From: Bugula neritina
Taxonomy: Eukaryota; Animalia; Bryozoa
Assembly: GCA_964035545.1 (NCBI GenBank)
Contig: OZ037769.1
Location: 4,507,929 to 4,571,928 of the forward strand
DNA: 64,000 nt
Reading direction: 5' to 3'
Both the position numbers and the translations under genes were made by a program. Of this stretch, positions 24,301-35,700 are shown piece by piece. Every line of letters begins with the position of its first letter. Position 1 is the stretch's first letter. The notes beneath the pieces were generated by a model that had not been told where the DNA came from, did not search any database, and saw only the letters and a list, made by a program, of their open reading frames with translations.

Positions 24301-26837
24301 CATCAGTTTGTTGTAAAAGTTGTTTTCTCATGTCAAATATGCTGATGACAGCGTATGGTTATGTTTACAGTTGGTGCTACACACAAAGAAACCAAACAGT
24401 TTTACACTCTCTACAACACTTTAGAAAAATCTAAATCCTTTTTAGATAGGGAAGTGAGCTTACTCAACTCTATTTATGACACTTTCTCAACGTAAGTTAA
24501 TGTTAATCAATGTATCTATAGCCAGAGGCAGGCTTGTGTATCTATATTGGTGGTTAATTGCTTCTACTTTGTTGTATGTATAGCATGAGGTGTTGGATAG
24601 ATAGCAGCTATGTTAAACATAATGCCTAGACAGTGTATATCATCATATCTAAATGCCATATAGACTATTCCTCATATTTGTATCATTCTCGGTTGATGTG
24701 TGATGTTTGTAATAGTATACTTCAGTTTGTTTTAAAGTTTCCTTTTATGTGAAAACCCCTGATGGAATGGGTTTTAAATCAGCTAAGGACTTATTCATAT
24801 GTGACACGGGAGCAATTATGACTGGATGTCCTTCCTAACATCACCAGTGGTCTTTACCGAGGTTGAACCACTGACCTTGTGTTTACTAGGCAAATGCTCT
24901 AACCACTAGACCACGGCTACTACCTAAAGACTTTTTGATAGTGAAGGTTGTTAAACAAAGCCTCATTTTAGGCTGGCCACATGGTTTTAGGGTTTAGGCC
25001 ATACACCCTTCCTGCCCTGCCACAATTTGCACCCATTACCAAAAAGGTGTATCACCTTAGCCCCCTGTTTCTGCTAAAACATGGCTATACTTGCTACCAC
25101 CTTCTTGCACAATAATATATAACGGTTGCTTTTATGTTATTACTGTTTTCTATTAGCCTACCTAGCATATTAGTTACAGCTCAAACAATTTTGCTTGCAG
25201 TGGAATGTCTAGTGATGCAAACAAAGACCAGTTTCTCAAACAGTTTGAGCAAATAGTCGATGGCGTTAAGGCTAACAAGGCAAAGGTCAGTACGTGGTGC
25301 TGAGGCTATTCTATCTGAGTAGTAATTAAGAGCAATAACCTGTCGAAATGTAGCTACAAGTAAAGATTAAATGAATAAGAACAGCGTTTATTTTTAGCTT
25401 CTGAAAGGTCGTTGACTTCATATTATTGCAAGTAAACAAACCATAGAATCTTCTAGAAGGTATTTTGATGCTCTCAGCTCTACAGAATTTTTTACAGGTT
25501 TAAATAGAAATTGATTAAATTCTCTTTAAATATCACTCATGCTGTTTTCTATAATAAATAATAAAATGAGGTACTTATTGTATTTTCTTAGTCACTTTGA
25601 CTTAAATTTGTAAGTGTTCATTATTTGCTGTGAACAGCATTGAAAACAAATTGATAAACACGTCATTTCATAGCATAATTAATAAAACCGTACCGCAGTA
25701 AGAAAAGGAGGATTTTTCTTTAATACTTGTATCATAAAATCTCCATTAGTCTTATTAGTTTGGGGCTGTTTGGGACTGCAGTATTTATAAAGGTCCGTAG
25801 GAAAATTTTCAAGTTAATTTAATTGATATTTCTCAGTGTACAGTTTAGCCTAAGTTCTATCAAGTGTTAAATGTTATTGGGTTGGAGAGATAGACTGAAC
25901 AGCTTTTCAACAACCATTGATGAATTCATAGGAACTCTGGTACAGGCTTGGTGTTTAGATGATCAACTGGGATCAACTGGAATTATTAATCATTTGGTTA
26001 CATTTTAGTTGGAGAAGCAGAGAGAAGTGGAGAAGATGAAGAGAGATGCACTGAATGATCAATATCTAGACCTGCTAGAGAAGAAGAGACTGTATTTCAA
26101 GACTGTGAAGGATTTGAAGGAGGTGAGTGACTGGTGGAGTTGAGGATTTGGTGGTCATCACGTGACACACATATACTGTACTATATTGTATATACAGTGA
26201 CGAAAGAATAATTATCTTGTATAGTCTAGGTGTGTGCATGTGTGTATGATCTTATTTATACTGTAGCATCTGTGCAGTATGCTGTACAGAACTGTTTAGT
26301 AGTAATATTTTTTTTATAAATTGCCTTTTGAAACATAAACTTTATATAAATTATATATGTGAAAGCAATCACTTGTTAATTTGATAATTTTAAATTTTAT
26401 TACTGTTGAAAATTTGCCTTTGAGTTGTTTTTTCATGCGTAATTAGTTGCTATTTGAAGCCATCGGTCTCTTCCCTTTGTATTTCATGCTACTTATCGGA
26501 GGCTTTATGCTGAAACATGTATGTTACTTGATATAATAGCAGTACATTATCCCCCAGACTGTAACTATAGCCTAGGATTTCTGGTCAGCAATGCATAAGG
26601 GCTTCTGTAACTAGCCCTATAACTTCTACAGATTGTATGCTAATATTTCTAGGCTCTCTGATAGTAATAATTATACTCAGAGATCGACTGTTACTGAGCT
26701 ATCTTCTTTTCCTATCTCTTGCGTAATGTATAATTACCCACCCACTGTGTAATTAATTCGAGTTAATGTTATGAACATTCCAGGAGCTGCGTAGGAATGA
26801 AATACTGATGGCCAAGATGGCTGAGAAAGAAAGCTAA
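12392..26837 (+). CDS. CCDC93: Coiled-coil domain-containing protein 93 (CCC/Commander complex), ~616 aa, 17 coding exons
   Basis: Exons: 12392-12463, 12768-12881, 13243-13337, 14111-14222, 14513-14668, 14850-14947, 15714-15819, 21296-21436, 22094-22267, 22711-22784, 22940-23021, 23451-23594, 23788-23896, 24371-24491, 25201-25285, 26009-26122, 26784-26837 (1851 nt, open frame). Diagnostic [10 protein letters not shown]...[72 protein letters not shown] at 26999. Confidence 0.96.
15980..16286 (-). repeat. 3' LTR (307 bp)
   Basis: Identical to 20403-20709 except one base (a15985 versus t20408). Confidence 0.96.
16287..16296 (-). other. Polypurine tract of the retrotransposon
   Basis: GAGGGAGGAG on the minus strand, immediately before the 3' LTR. 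Confidence 0.85.
16316..20359 (-). pseudogene. gag-pol polyprotein (1347 codons) interrupted by two in-frame stops
   Basis: ORFs 20359-18071, 17923-16598 and 16579-16316 share one frame, separated by TAA (18073-18071) and TAG (16600-16598). Zn knuckles [13 protein letters not shown] and [14 protein letters not shown], protease DTGA, RT YLDD, RNase [10 protein letters not shown] (read between ORFs), integrase H-H-C-C and D,D,E (LDFAG, TDNGPQF, NGEAER). Confidence 0.93.
20383..20400 (-). other. Primer-binding site, tRNA-Leu type
   Basis: TGGTGTCAGAACTGGGAT 2 nt after the 5' LTR; one mismatch to the tRNA-Leu 3'-end complement TGGTGTCAGAAGTGGGAT. Confidence 0.88.
20403..20709 (-). repeat. 5' LTR (307 bp)
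   Basis: Direct repeat of 15980-16286, followed on the minus strand by the PBS and the gag ATG at 20359. Confidence 0.96.
21815..21997 (-). mobile_element. tRNA-derived SINE, near full length (MetaSINE-like core)
   Basis: Minus strand reads ggagcagctgTGGTTTAGTGGttagag (A box)...GGTTCAAGTCC (B box)...ggtgatgttaggaaaagcatctagtcataa core. Homologous to 24748-24921 and 7680-7809. Confidence 0.85.
23200..23430. repeat. Degenerate TGTGACA/TGTCACA tandem repeat directly upstream of CCDC93 exon 12
   Basis: Many tgtgaca/tgtcaca/catgtg units, partly self-complementary. Confidence 0.75.
24748..24921 (-). mobile_element. tRNA-derived SINE, near full length (MetaSINE-like core)
   Basis: Minus strand agtagccgTGGTCTAGTGGttagagc...GGTTCAACC...ggtgatgttaggaaggacatccagtcataattgctcc. 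Confidence 0.85.
25445..25459. promoter_or_regulatory. Three-unit heat-shock element (in CCDC93 intron 15)
   Basis: aGAAtcTTCtaGAAg, perfect nGAAn alternation. Confidence 0.4.
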
Positions 26838-26962
26838 AGCCGTGTCAAGGTTCCTTAGAGCACATCACAGGTTGTTTGAGATGTTTTTAACCTTATGTGG
26901 CCTCATAAAATGTAGTAGCTTTTTCTTTGTCCGCCAGTTCGTTAGTTTCCTGTCAATGGCCA

Positions 26963-26976
26963 GTTGCCATGGAAAC
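26963..26976. promoter_or_regulatory. RFX X-box motif
   Basis: GTTGCCATGGAAAC, a consensus X-box, in the CCDC93 3'UTR. A second, GTTACTATAGAAAC, lies at 27290-27303. Confidence 0.5.
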
Positions 26977-27157
26977 TTTGACTTAATCAATTTTTATTAA
27001 TAAAGTAAAACTTTATGATAGACAAACAAACTATTGACAATGATGTTCTTTTTTTCAATTTTTAAATATTTTGCAATATTGTATAGCAAATATCATAACA
27101 CTAATACAATTACAGCTATTAAAAACCTACTTCCTTTTGCTATTGAAATGGCAGTCC

Positions 27158-27172
27158 TTTCTGGAATGTTCT
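27158..27172. promoter_or_regulatory. Three-unit heat-shock element upstream of sHSP gene
   Basis: tTTCtgGAAtgTTCt. Confidence 0.55.
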
Positions 27173-27637
27173 TTGAGTAAACAACAATGTTTCAACACGT
27201 GCCAAGTATAACATTGTTAGGTGTTACATATTTTCCACTGAAGCAATTAGTGTGTAGCAACAATATAATAAGTTATATTTGTGATGTATGTTACTATAGA
27301 AACATGGAATGCTATTGGGCTACTATAATAAACTGGTAAAAATAGCTTGGTAACTTTAATGTGAATGTATTAGTCAGACATAGTTGGGTAGATTACATAA
27401 TTAGATATTAGACAAAGATATGCACTTCTTATCAGTTGTAGACTTAGCTCCCATAGTAGTTGTTACACACTGGATCTGCTAGGGCTATGGCCATCAATTT
27501 CAGCACATTGTAATTTTCATTTAGTAGGTTGAATATTTTCAGTTTTGAATTATAAGCAAAAGTAAAAAAGACTAGCTTTTTTCACATGAGACTTCTAGAA
27601 GTAGTAGAAATATATAGAGCACTATAGAGTATAGATT

Positions 27638-27735
27638 TCTACTGCTGCTACTATTTAAATTGCTGTTGCGTCTACTACTGCTGCTTCTACTACTACTATC
27701 ACCATTACTGGTACTGCTGCTACTGCTACTTCTAT
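27638..27735. repeat. Degenerate (CTA/CTG)n microsatellite
   Basis: ctactgctgctacta...ctactactgctgcttctactactact. Confidence 0.75.
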
Positions 27736-29009
27736 AAGAAAATAATGTTTAATATAATAGAATGATGTTATGTTTAAAATACATGCATGCAGAGAGATTG
27801 TGCCATCTTCAAAATTCACTCTGCTGTTTGAGCTTAAGGCAACTTCCCAATTCAAATTTTAAAACGAGTTTTAGTTTAACGTTTGAAATTATCACAATAC
27901 TAGTATATTTCACTATATGTGCCATATATGAGGATATACAGAAATGACTTTTGAATAATATCTTTCAGTGTCTTAACAGCTAATCAGAAGGCTAGCGTCC
28001 AAAATTAAAATCCACATCATATCTGCATAATATAACCTCAATCCCACCACATTGCTACAATGCTGCAAACTGATAGCCATAAAAATTGTTACTAGCTAAG
28101 CCTCTGTCTTCTTTTCTCTTCAGTTGCTTTATTATTGACACTGAAGGTGATGAACATAAAATACATCTGAGCATACAATCAACAATTATTGTTATTATGA
28201 GTGTATCTATTCAGTAAAATGCTGCAACAGTCATTACACTCTCTGTAGTTGTTAAAGCTTTGCCTGCATTTGCAAACATAGAGATGGCATTTTAGTTCCT
28301 TTGGATTTGGTTTTTTCTCTACATATATAATATAACATGTCACTAATTGGTCACTTAAAGAAAATTTTCTGTCTCTTTTGTATGAATATTGTAAACAGAG
28401 AAATTTGCTTGTGAGAGTTTTAGTCCATATTAAGACAAGCTAGTTAAAGTGATGTGAAGCAAATTGATATGCTGCTAAAATGTAGTTCAACACAATTGTT
28501 GAATACTGACTCATTTATTTGTGCAGTGACTAGCAGTTTCTAGTGTCTCTTTTCCTTGCCTTAATTTAACCCAAAATTTATTGAAAAGGCAGCATATTCT
28601 CACTTATATCTGTAGCACTTCAATGATGTGTTCAAAATGAATTCACGAGGCAACTTTTTAGTCCCAAGCCTGCATAATATATGTGCAGGTATGATGTAAG
28701 AATGCACTGCCTTATATATTATAATTGTATATCCGTATAATTATGCACATCTTACCAACTGTAAGACAATACTTTGTAACCAAAGATAGAGAAGAGAAAG
28801 CTGTTAATGAAAGCTGGGCAGTGGTGGAAAGCTCCACTGCTGAGTATGCACTAGATCTCAAGCTAAAACTTCATAGAACTTATTTAGTTTAGGTTAGGCA
28901 AATTTTCTCTTTGTAAATATTACCAATGAAGTTTTATAAAAAAAAGTTTCTTTAAAAATAATAACTTTTTATATAAGATACTGGAGCTATATGCACTTCA
29001 TACCAACAG

Positions 29010-29060
29010 TATAAAAGTAGCAGTGAAAGTTCAAGTTAGCTTTATATCCTTGTTTACTCG
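29010..29060 (+). promoter_or_regulatory. Candidate TATA promoter plus very short non-coding first exon (sHSP P0)
   Basis: TATAAAA 29010-29016 and donor TCG|GTAAAA at 29060/29061; same geometry as the unit at 31079-31131. Confidence 0.35.
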
Positions 29061-29508
29061 GTAAAATTATGTTTGTCAAAGTTATTATATGCTGTAACTC
29101 TGCCAAGTTTTTGTACAGATAGAAGATGTTTACTACCAAGACAAGGAACATATGCTAATTATTATAGGTGTGAAACGTGTATGACAAGAGACTTCCTAGA
29201 ACATTAGTAAACTCTACAATAATTATCTCTCTACATTTGCATATGCAGGATGGGAATGAGAGATGCTGCGTGACTAGCTTGGTCACAGCATGTCCGTACA
29301 AACAGATCAACTTATCTCATGACTTAACTTCCTGATGTAAGCAAGTTGTGGCCTGTTATTTAAAGAGAACTGCTATTTAAATGCTTGATCATATAACTTT
29401 GAGTATTTATGCAAAACTTACGTTAGTTTTTTGAGTCTCCATCGACTTGTGAAAACCTCTGATAGCAAGAGTTTGAAAAAGAGGCTATGTATTGTACTCC
29501 TGCATCTA

Positions 29509-29665
29509 TGTTCAGTGTGGAGAGAATTTAATAGCCTAGATTGTTCAATTTTCTCAATATATTTTGGTTTGGGACACTGTTTGAAGTTCTCATGAGAAAA
29601 TAACTTCTTTTGCTACATTTCTAGCTTATAACGCAAGCCTTTCTACATTCTACCTCCCATGCTGG
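29509..29665 (-). mobile_element. Degenerate copy of ~150-bp MITE family
   Basis: Shares taacttcttttgctacatttcta and tagccta..gttc internal motifs with 33518-33666 (inverted) and 34362-34522. Confidence 0.65.
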
Positions 29666-30060
29666 TAACAAGGTTGGGAAGCTATTCCTGAGATATTCCC
29701 AATGACCTGAACTCGGACCCATGACCTGTGTTAGATTATAAGCCACAGCTGCTCCCTAAATCTGGTTGTACATGAACGTATTTATGCATAGGAATGGTAT
29801 ATGCAAGACTTATTCTGCTCTGACCACAAGCTTTCACAATTATGTTCATATAAAATTGAAAGTAAATTGAAATTTAATAAATGATGAATTCAGTTTTTAA
29901 CATTTATTCATTAAAGATGCATTGGTAGTTCTGTAAGCTTAGTTTTCACTAAAATTTCAATAAATATTTGTACAAATGCAATTCTGCTTAGAATATCTAT
30001 TATAAAATAATTGACAACCAGCTTTAATATTCATATAAATGTGGTACACATTTACTTTTA

Positions 30061-30547
30061 GTTCTCGAACTGCTATATTTATAGACATAAACATTGGTGT
30101 TTACAATTCTAAAAAAAGAAACGTTTACTTCAAAACAGAAATTTTGGTTGTTGGTTCTGGAAGATTCCAAATGTTGATTTCTTACTCACTTGGTTAAGCA
30201 ACTATTGCTATGGTGTGCAATACAAAGCATGCAGCTTATTGAGTAACTTTGAGTTATTGGCATAAACTACAGGTATGCTAATTAATGAAATAGTTGCTAG
30301 ACGCTGCTGCTATAGTGATTATACACTATAAATAAAAACTTCTGGAATGATCTAGCAGCTGATAATGCTCATTAGCTAGAGCTATATATTAAGTATAAAT
30401 AACAACAGCTCTTCATGCTGAGCTCATTTCACATCTTACTGCTCTTACTGTATTTGCAGTGTATCTTGCATTGTGCAATAACTATTAAGAAATAAATTGC
30501 TGCAGGCTGAAGCTCATCTACCTGGACTATAGCAGACTACTTATAAG
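30061..30547 (+). promoter_or_regulatory. Heat-inducible-type promoter and non-coding first exon of sHSP gene (P1)
   Basis: HSEs gTTCtcGAAc (30061), gTTCtgGAAgaTTCc (30154-30168) and cTTCtgGAAtgaTCt (30339-30353). TATAAA at 30394, Inr-like TCATTT at 30424, ATG-free exon ending at AAG|GTAAGA (30547/30548). Confidence 0.7.
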
Positions 30548-31078
30548 GTAAGACTTCGTGTATTACATACAGAATAGAACTATGTGAAACAACTTTTAAT
30601 TTTTTTTCAAAAATCTTTCTGAAAAGTCAAGAAACAAATTAATTTATTAATTTATAATAATATTATGGTTGATGCTAAAAAGATGGGTTAAGTTTCCCCG
30701 GTTATTTATTCTAAATGTTTAAACATTGGCAAGAGGGAGTTGGGTGTAGTCAATATACAGACACTTTTCTAGTAGGCTACACACAGTGTTAGACTATAGC
30801 AGTTGCCAGCATGGCTAATTGAGGCAAACAAGTTCATAGCTCTTATAATAATGCTTCTGTGAGAAACTATATTTGAAAGGAGTTATGAAGGCTATACAAC
30901 ATTTTAGAATGAGCGCTCCATTATTGCTTTATATAAAATATCGGTTAGATACAGCACAATGAAACAAATCATCTATCTTAATTAATAATCATTCAAAGAT
31001 AATTGCAATATAATTGATTTGCTAGCTGCATAATTACCAGAAAACTCTCGCACAGCTGTTGGCCTTACTTTTTTGCCT

Positions 31079-31131
31079 TATAAAAAGGGTTATTGTTGTA
31101 ATACAGTCCAGTTCAACAGACTTTGAGATAG
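31079..31131 (+). promoter_or_regulatory. Candidate TATA promoter plus ~22-nt non-coding first exon (sHSP P2)
   Basis: TATAAAAAGGG at 31079, Inr-like CCAGTT at 31108, strong donor TAG|GTAAGA at 31131/31132. Confidence 0.55.
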
Positions 31132-32710
31132 GTAAGAGAAACTAAAACAGAAATGTAAATGTAATTGCATACAGGATTGCAATCAGACTATAATTACAAA
31201 TCATACATATAAGTAATAAATTTATATTAGTAGCTGTTAGGGTCATAGCCCTCCTATAGCACACAAATAAACCCAAAACAGGGACTCACAGGTTTAGTGA
31301 TTATAAACTTGCTTGAGTTTTTATTTAACACTCTGAAATGTATTTCAATGTTATATGCTTTAAGTAAAGCAAAATGGATTGTAATATAGTTCACTATAGC
31401 AATTATTATATGCGATTTCGCACCATGCAACATTTAAACATGTAACATAACTGAGTGATATTTTAAGCTGCAACAACAGTAAATAATTGAAGAGCTGCTA
31501 CAGCAGAAGGATGTAATACAATGTTATCTCATACATTATTTTACAATTCAGTGCATTTGCTTATAATTATATATTCTACGTGTATATTATGTTCAGGGTA
31601 GTTAATGACAGGAAATGGTAATGCAACAAGCAAAATAATTATTTTACAATGATGAGTTCATGAAACACTGTAAGCCATGACTCAGGGTATAATTTGTTAC
31701 TAATTACTCATCAAAATGACTACCAAGACTCCTAAATTAGTGATGAGTGCAAACAGCAAGTAGATTAATATTCTTTAAGTAGCAAATGCCTGTTGAATAT
31801 TCATCAATAGTAAGAGTTGTCTCTACTTGCATAGTTTAGCGTTTTGAAGTTTACTATGCCTTATCTTGTCTGAAGACCAAAACATATAACATTCGAAAGA
31901 TATGTGTTAAATTTTTAGTTATTATTGATGTGCAGTCATCAAGTTATATTGTTCGTCAAAAAGTCACTTTGAAGAATTTTTAAAATTAACCGGAAACTGC
32001 GCTTTTCTTAGATTAGACATGTGCATGTGAATTTTACTAGCTAATTTTTACTAACAGTTATAATGTGATTATATAAGCACCAGAAAAAGAAATGCTTCAA
32101 ACACTACAAAATGTTATAAGACAAGGGAACCAATAACATAAATAGTTATGATAATATTGCTAGTATATTTTTACTATTTCTTGTACATATTTTTAAATGT
32201 ATTTTTAACAGAATTACTTCATAATTTTACATAAAAAAGGATAGCAACCTGTCAGGGTGTTTTTAAAAATAAAGTAGCTAGCCTTGCAGCTTATACAAAC
32301 ATGCTAGAAAGCATTACATAAATAAACTCAAGTAGCACGTCGTACTTAGATTATAACATCAATATTGACTTTGGCAAAAGAATATCCCTGCATGCATGCA
32401 GTATTAGTATAGTTAGAATCTCTTGCAGTATAATATAATATACTGTAGTAGCAGCTTGCTTCTGATTTGCTGGATTTGTAACTGAGAAAGGCTGTGACAT
32501 AATTTAGTTTGACAGAAGAGCTGTATCTATTGATTATTCATTAGGACTTGCTAGTTCAACGCCTGCTGCAATAGTACTGCCTTAATCTACTATCTACTCA
32601 TTCAGACATTCTAGAGTCTAGACTTTATTCATTCAACCAGGTTCTTCACCTTTAGCTCTTTAATTTGAAGTTTTCTGCGAAAGCATTTCAATCAAAATAT
32701 TGCTGCCACA

Positions 32711-35700
32711 ATGTCGAGTTCACAACAGCCACCGACAACAATGTCTTCAAAAAGCTACACTACTTCCTATTCAACTTACACTTCCAACAAAACCGTAAGT
32801 AAAAATGGAAGACCACAATCATCAGAAACTTTTGAAACGTCAAACACATCAATAACTGGAGATCCAACGGCACCCACGACTATGGGGCAGTTTGAGGATA
32901 ACTTTGAAGAGTTGAAAAGATCGGTGATGAGTGGTGATGCGTACAAACGAAGTCAATGTATTCATCACGATGTGCTGCCTAAGCATGGTCAGCCACACTA
33001 CAAACCTCAGGAGAGTGTGACTGTAATCCGACCGATCAGAGCAACTTCTCTGAACACCGATGTCACTGACAACTCGGCAGCAAAACAGCCCAGAACTCAG
33101 CGGCAGCTGTCGTCATCTTCTTCGGCATCGTCCTCGTCTAGTCAGGGTAAACTAAGCTAAAACTAAAGCAACGACACTAAATAATATTTTCCCCAAAACT
33201 CTAGTTTCTATTTCAAATGTAACATTTCCACACTTGCATGTAAAATTCATAATCTTTATGATATTATGCGAATTTAGAATAGCGTTACAAGTATGTCTAT
33301 ATAGTGTCGTATATGGAAGGCATAGTTAGTGTTACGTACTTTGAGCATACAGTAGATGCTAAAAGATAAAAGCCTGTCTCAGTCATACCTTTATTTTTTC
33401 TGAATATAAACTAAGATATTGCAGTTTGATAATATGGGAGTACGTATATATATTACACAGGCTGCATACATAAGTTACAACATATAAACTGCAGTAAGCT
33501 GTATTTTCGGAAATATAGGTGCAGTAATGGAGAAATTGAAAAGCCCTGTGTTATAGATTAGAAATGTAGCAAAAGAAGTTATGTTCTCGCAAGCATTTCA
33601 ACCCACCCAAAATTTGATAATAAAACTAAAGAACATAGGCTATCTCAATTTCTCCATTACTGCTCCTAAATAGTTAAATATGTCGGTAACTATTATTTTC
33701 TCAATACACAAGCTATATTTAAAGTAGACAATGCAGAACAAAGTACCAGCTATGGTTTAGCAATCCAATATCTCAATTAGCTACTAGAACAAACTGGGTG
33801 GTCCTGATGGTAGAATTAATACAAGAGTTGCTATGAATTTAGTTTAGGTTAGCACCTATGACGCAAAAGACATAATTTGATAGCAACTTTTTGCTTTGAT
33901 CTCCCCTTACATTATAGAGTCAGAGTGCTAATTTAGTATTATAGATCAACAAATTTCAATTATTTTGTGTTTACTATAGCTTATGGTTCTGTATATTTAC
34001 TTCAGCATCACCCAAAATGAGTAACTACAAAACTGAGCTCTATATCCCAGTGAGGAGACATCATGGTGACTTCGATGACTTCTTCAAAAGCCGTTGGTTG
34101 GAGCATAACAACATGTCGATGGATGCCGAGTTTGACAAAAGGCGTAAGGACTGGGATATGAAACTAAGTGACCTGAAAAGCGATTTCTTTCACTTTTCGC
34201 CATTTTCTGATCACCATCCACAAATTGACTCAGCCAGTACAATTAAACCTGTAAGTAGTATTGTTTACAATGCCCTGTGGTAACTCTGAAAGCATATTAT
34301 TTGTTGTTAGAAAATAATATCTGATTAGAAAGTGAAAACTTGGTAAATTGTCAGTCATCTAAGTGCAGTAGTGGAGAAATTTTATAGTAGGTAGCCTAAG
34401 TTCTTCAACTGTCATTATCATTTTTGGTTTGGGGTTCATGTAATTGAACAAATAATTTTTTTTGCTACATTTCTACTGTCATTTAGAACACAGGCTTTTC
34501 TCAATTTATTCCCTACTGCACCAATTAAACTCTAGGTCACTGTGATCATGGGCTATAAATGTAATGAACCCTGTAAATACATAGAGTGATTGGCTATAAG
34601 AAAACTTTATTTATTAAAAAAATGTTTGCATTTACTTCAAATTTTTTATCCCCATCTAAGTGCAATGATTTATATAACTGCAAAGAGTAGATAACTTCCT
34701 TTGGCTGGTGATGAAACAAATAGCTAACTATTTTAAACTTGTGCGTAAATATTCAGTTTAGTTTTGGGCAAAACCTTGAATACTGTTTGTAAAAAATTGA
34801 TATATGTTTTAGTTTTTTCCCAGACCATTCAACAACAATTTCTTTGAAAAGTTTCACCAATTTCACCACAAAGCATTAAAAGGGTTACGTGCCCTTGGTG
34901 TAAGTCTGAAAGCTAGCAGCTTTTTCCTCAAACATTAAATTTCTATGGCAAAATTTTAAAAACATCCTCTTTATTAAGCAATAAATTTCCCACTAAAATA
35001 TCCTATGCTCAATTTTTGTTTTGGTTTTTAGTTTAGCTATACTTGAAATTTGAAAATCTAACCAAGAACCCTTCCTCCCTTTTCCGCCTTTAAGCTTTCA
35101 TTTGAGTTTATTTGCTGAAACCGCCAGGAAGTAAACAATGATTTGGGTAAACTCTTGGAATTTTACAGATCTTTCTTATAGCCATGACACAAGCTTATGC
35201 AAAACATAACTTAATCAGTTAAAAACTTGTAGACAGCGTCGATTGTCAACTTCCACTCATGCATATTCTATCATTTTGATTTTAGAGCTCAACAACTATA
35301 TCAGTAGTAAGTCTTTATGATTTAGTTTGTATTTTATTTAGATACTGTTGTATTCAGTGTGACCACCAAATAGCAATCTTACTTTCAGCCCTCATGACCA
35401 CAATGTAGTACGAATATTCTTAGTCTGTAGTTTCTGAATGCTGTAGAATTAACACCTAGCACTTGTTAAACCTCCTCACAACTTATCACTTTTCTTGAAC
35501 ATGGAACTATTTTTCTCACTCCTCTGTTAGAATATGCATACCAAATGTTCTGATCAATTTTAAATAGAAGTCTATATGCATGAATATCACCTAAAAACAA
35601 CATATGAAAAAGTCAAAACTTTCATAAACTTCAGTTGAAATAAATATAATGTTTAGCTTCAATTACTAGAACTTCAAGCTAACGTAGAGAATCTCAGCTT

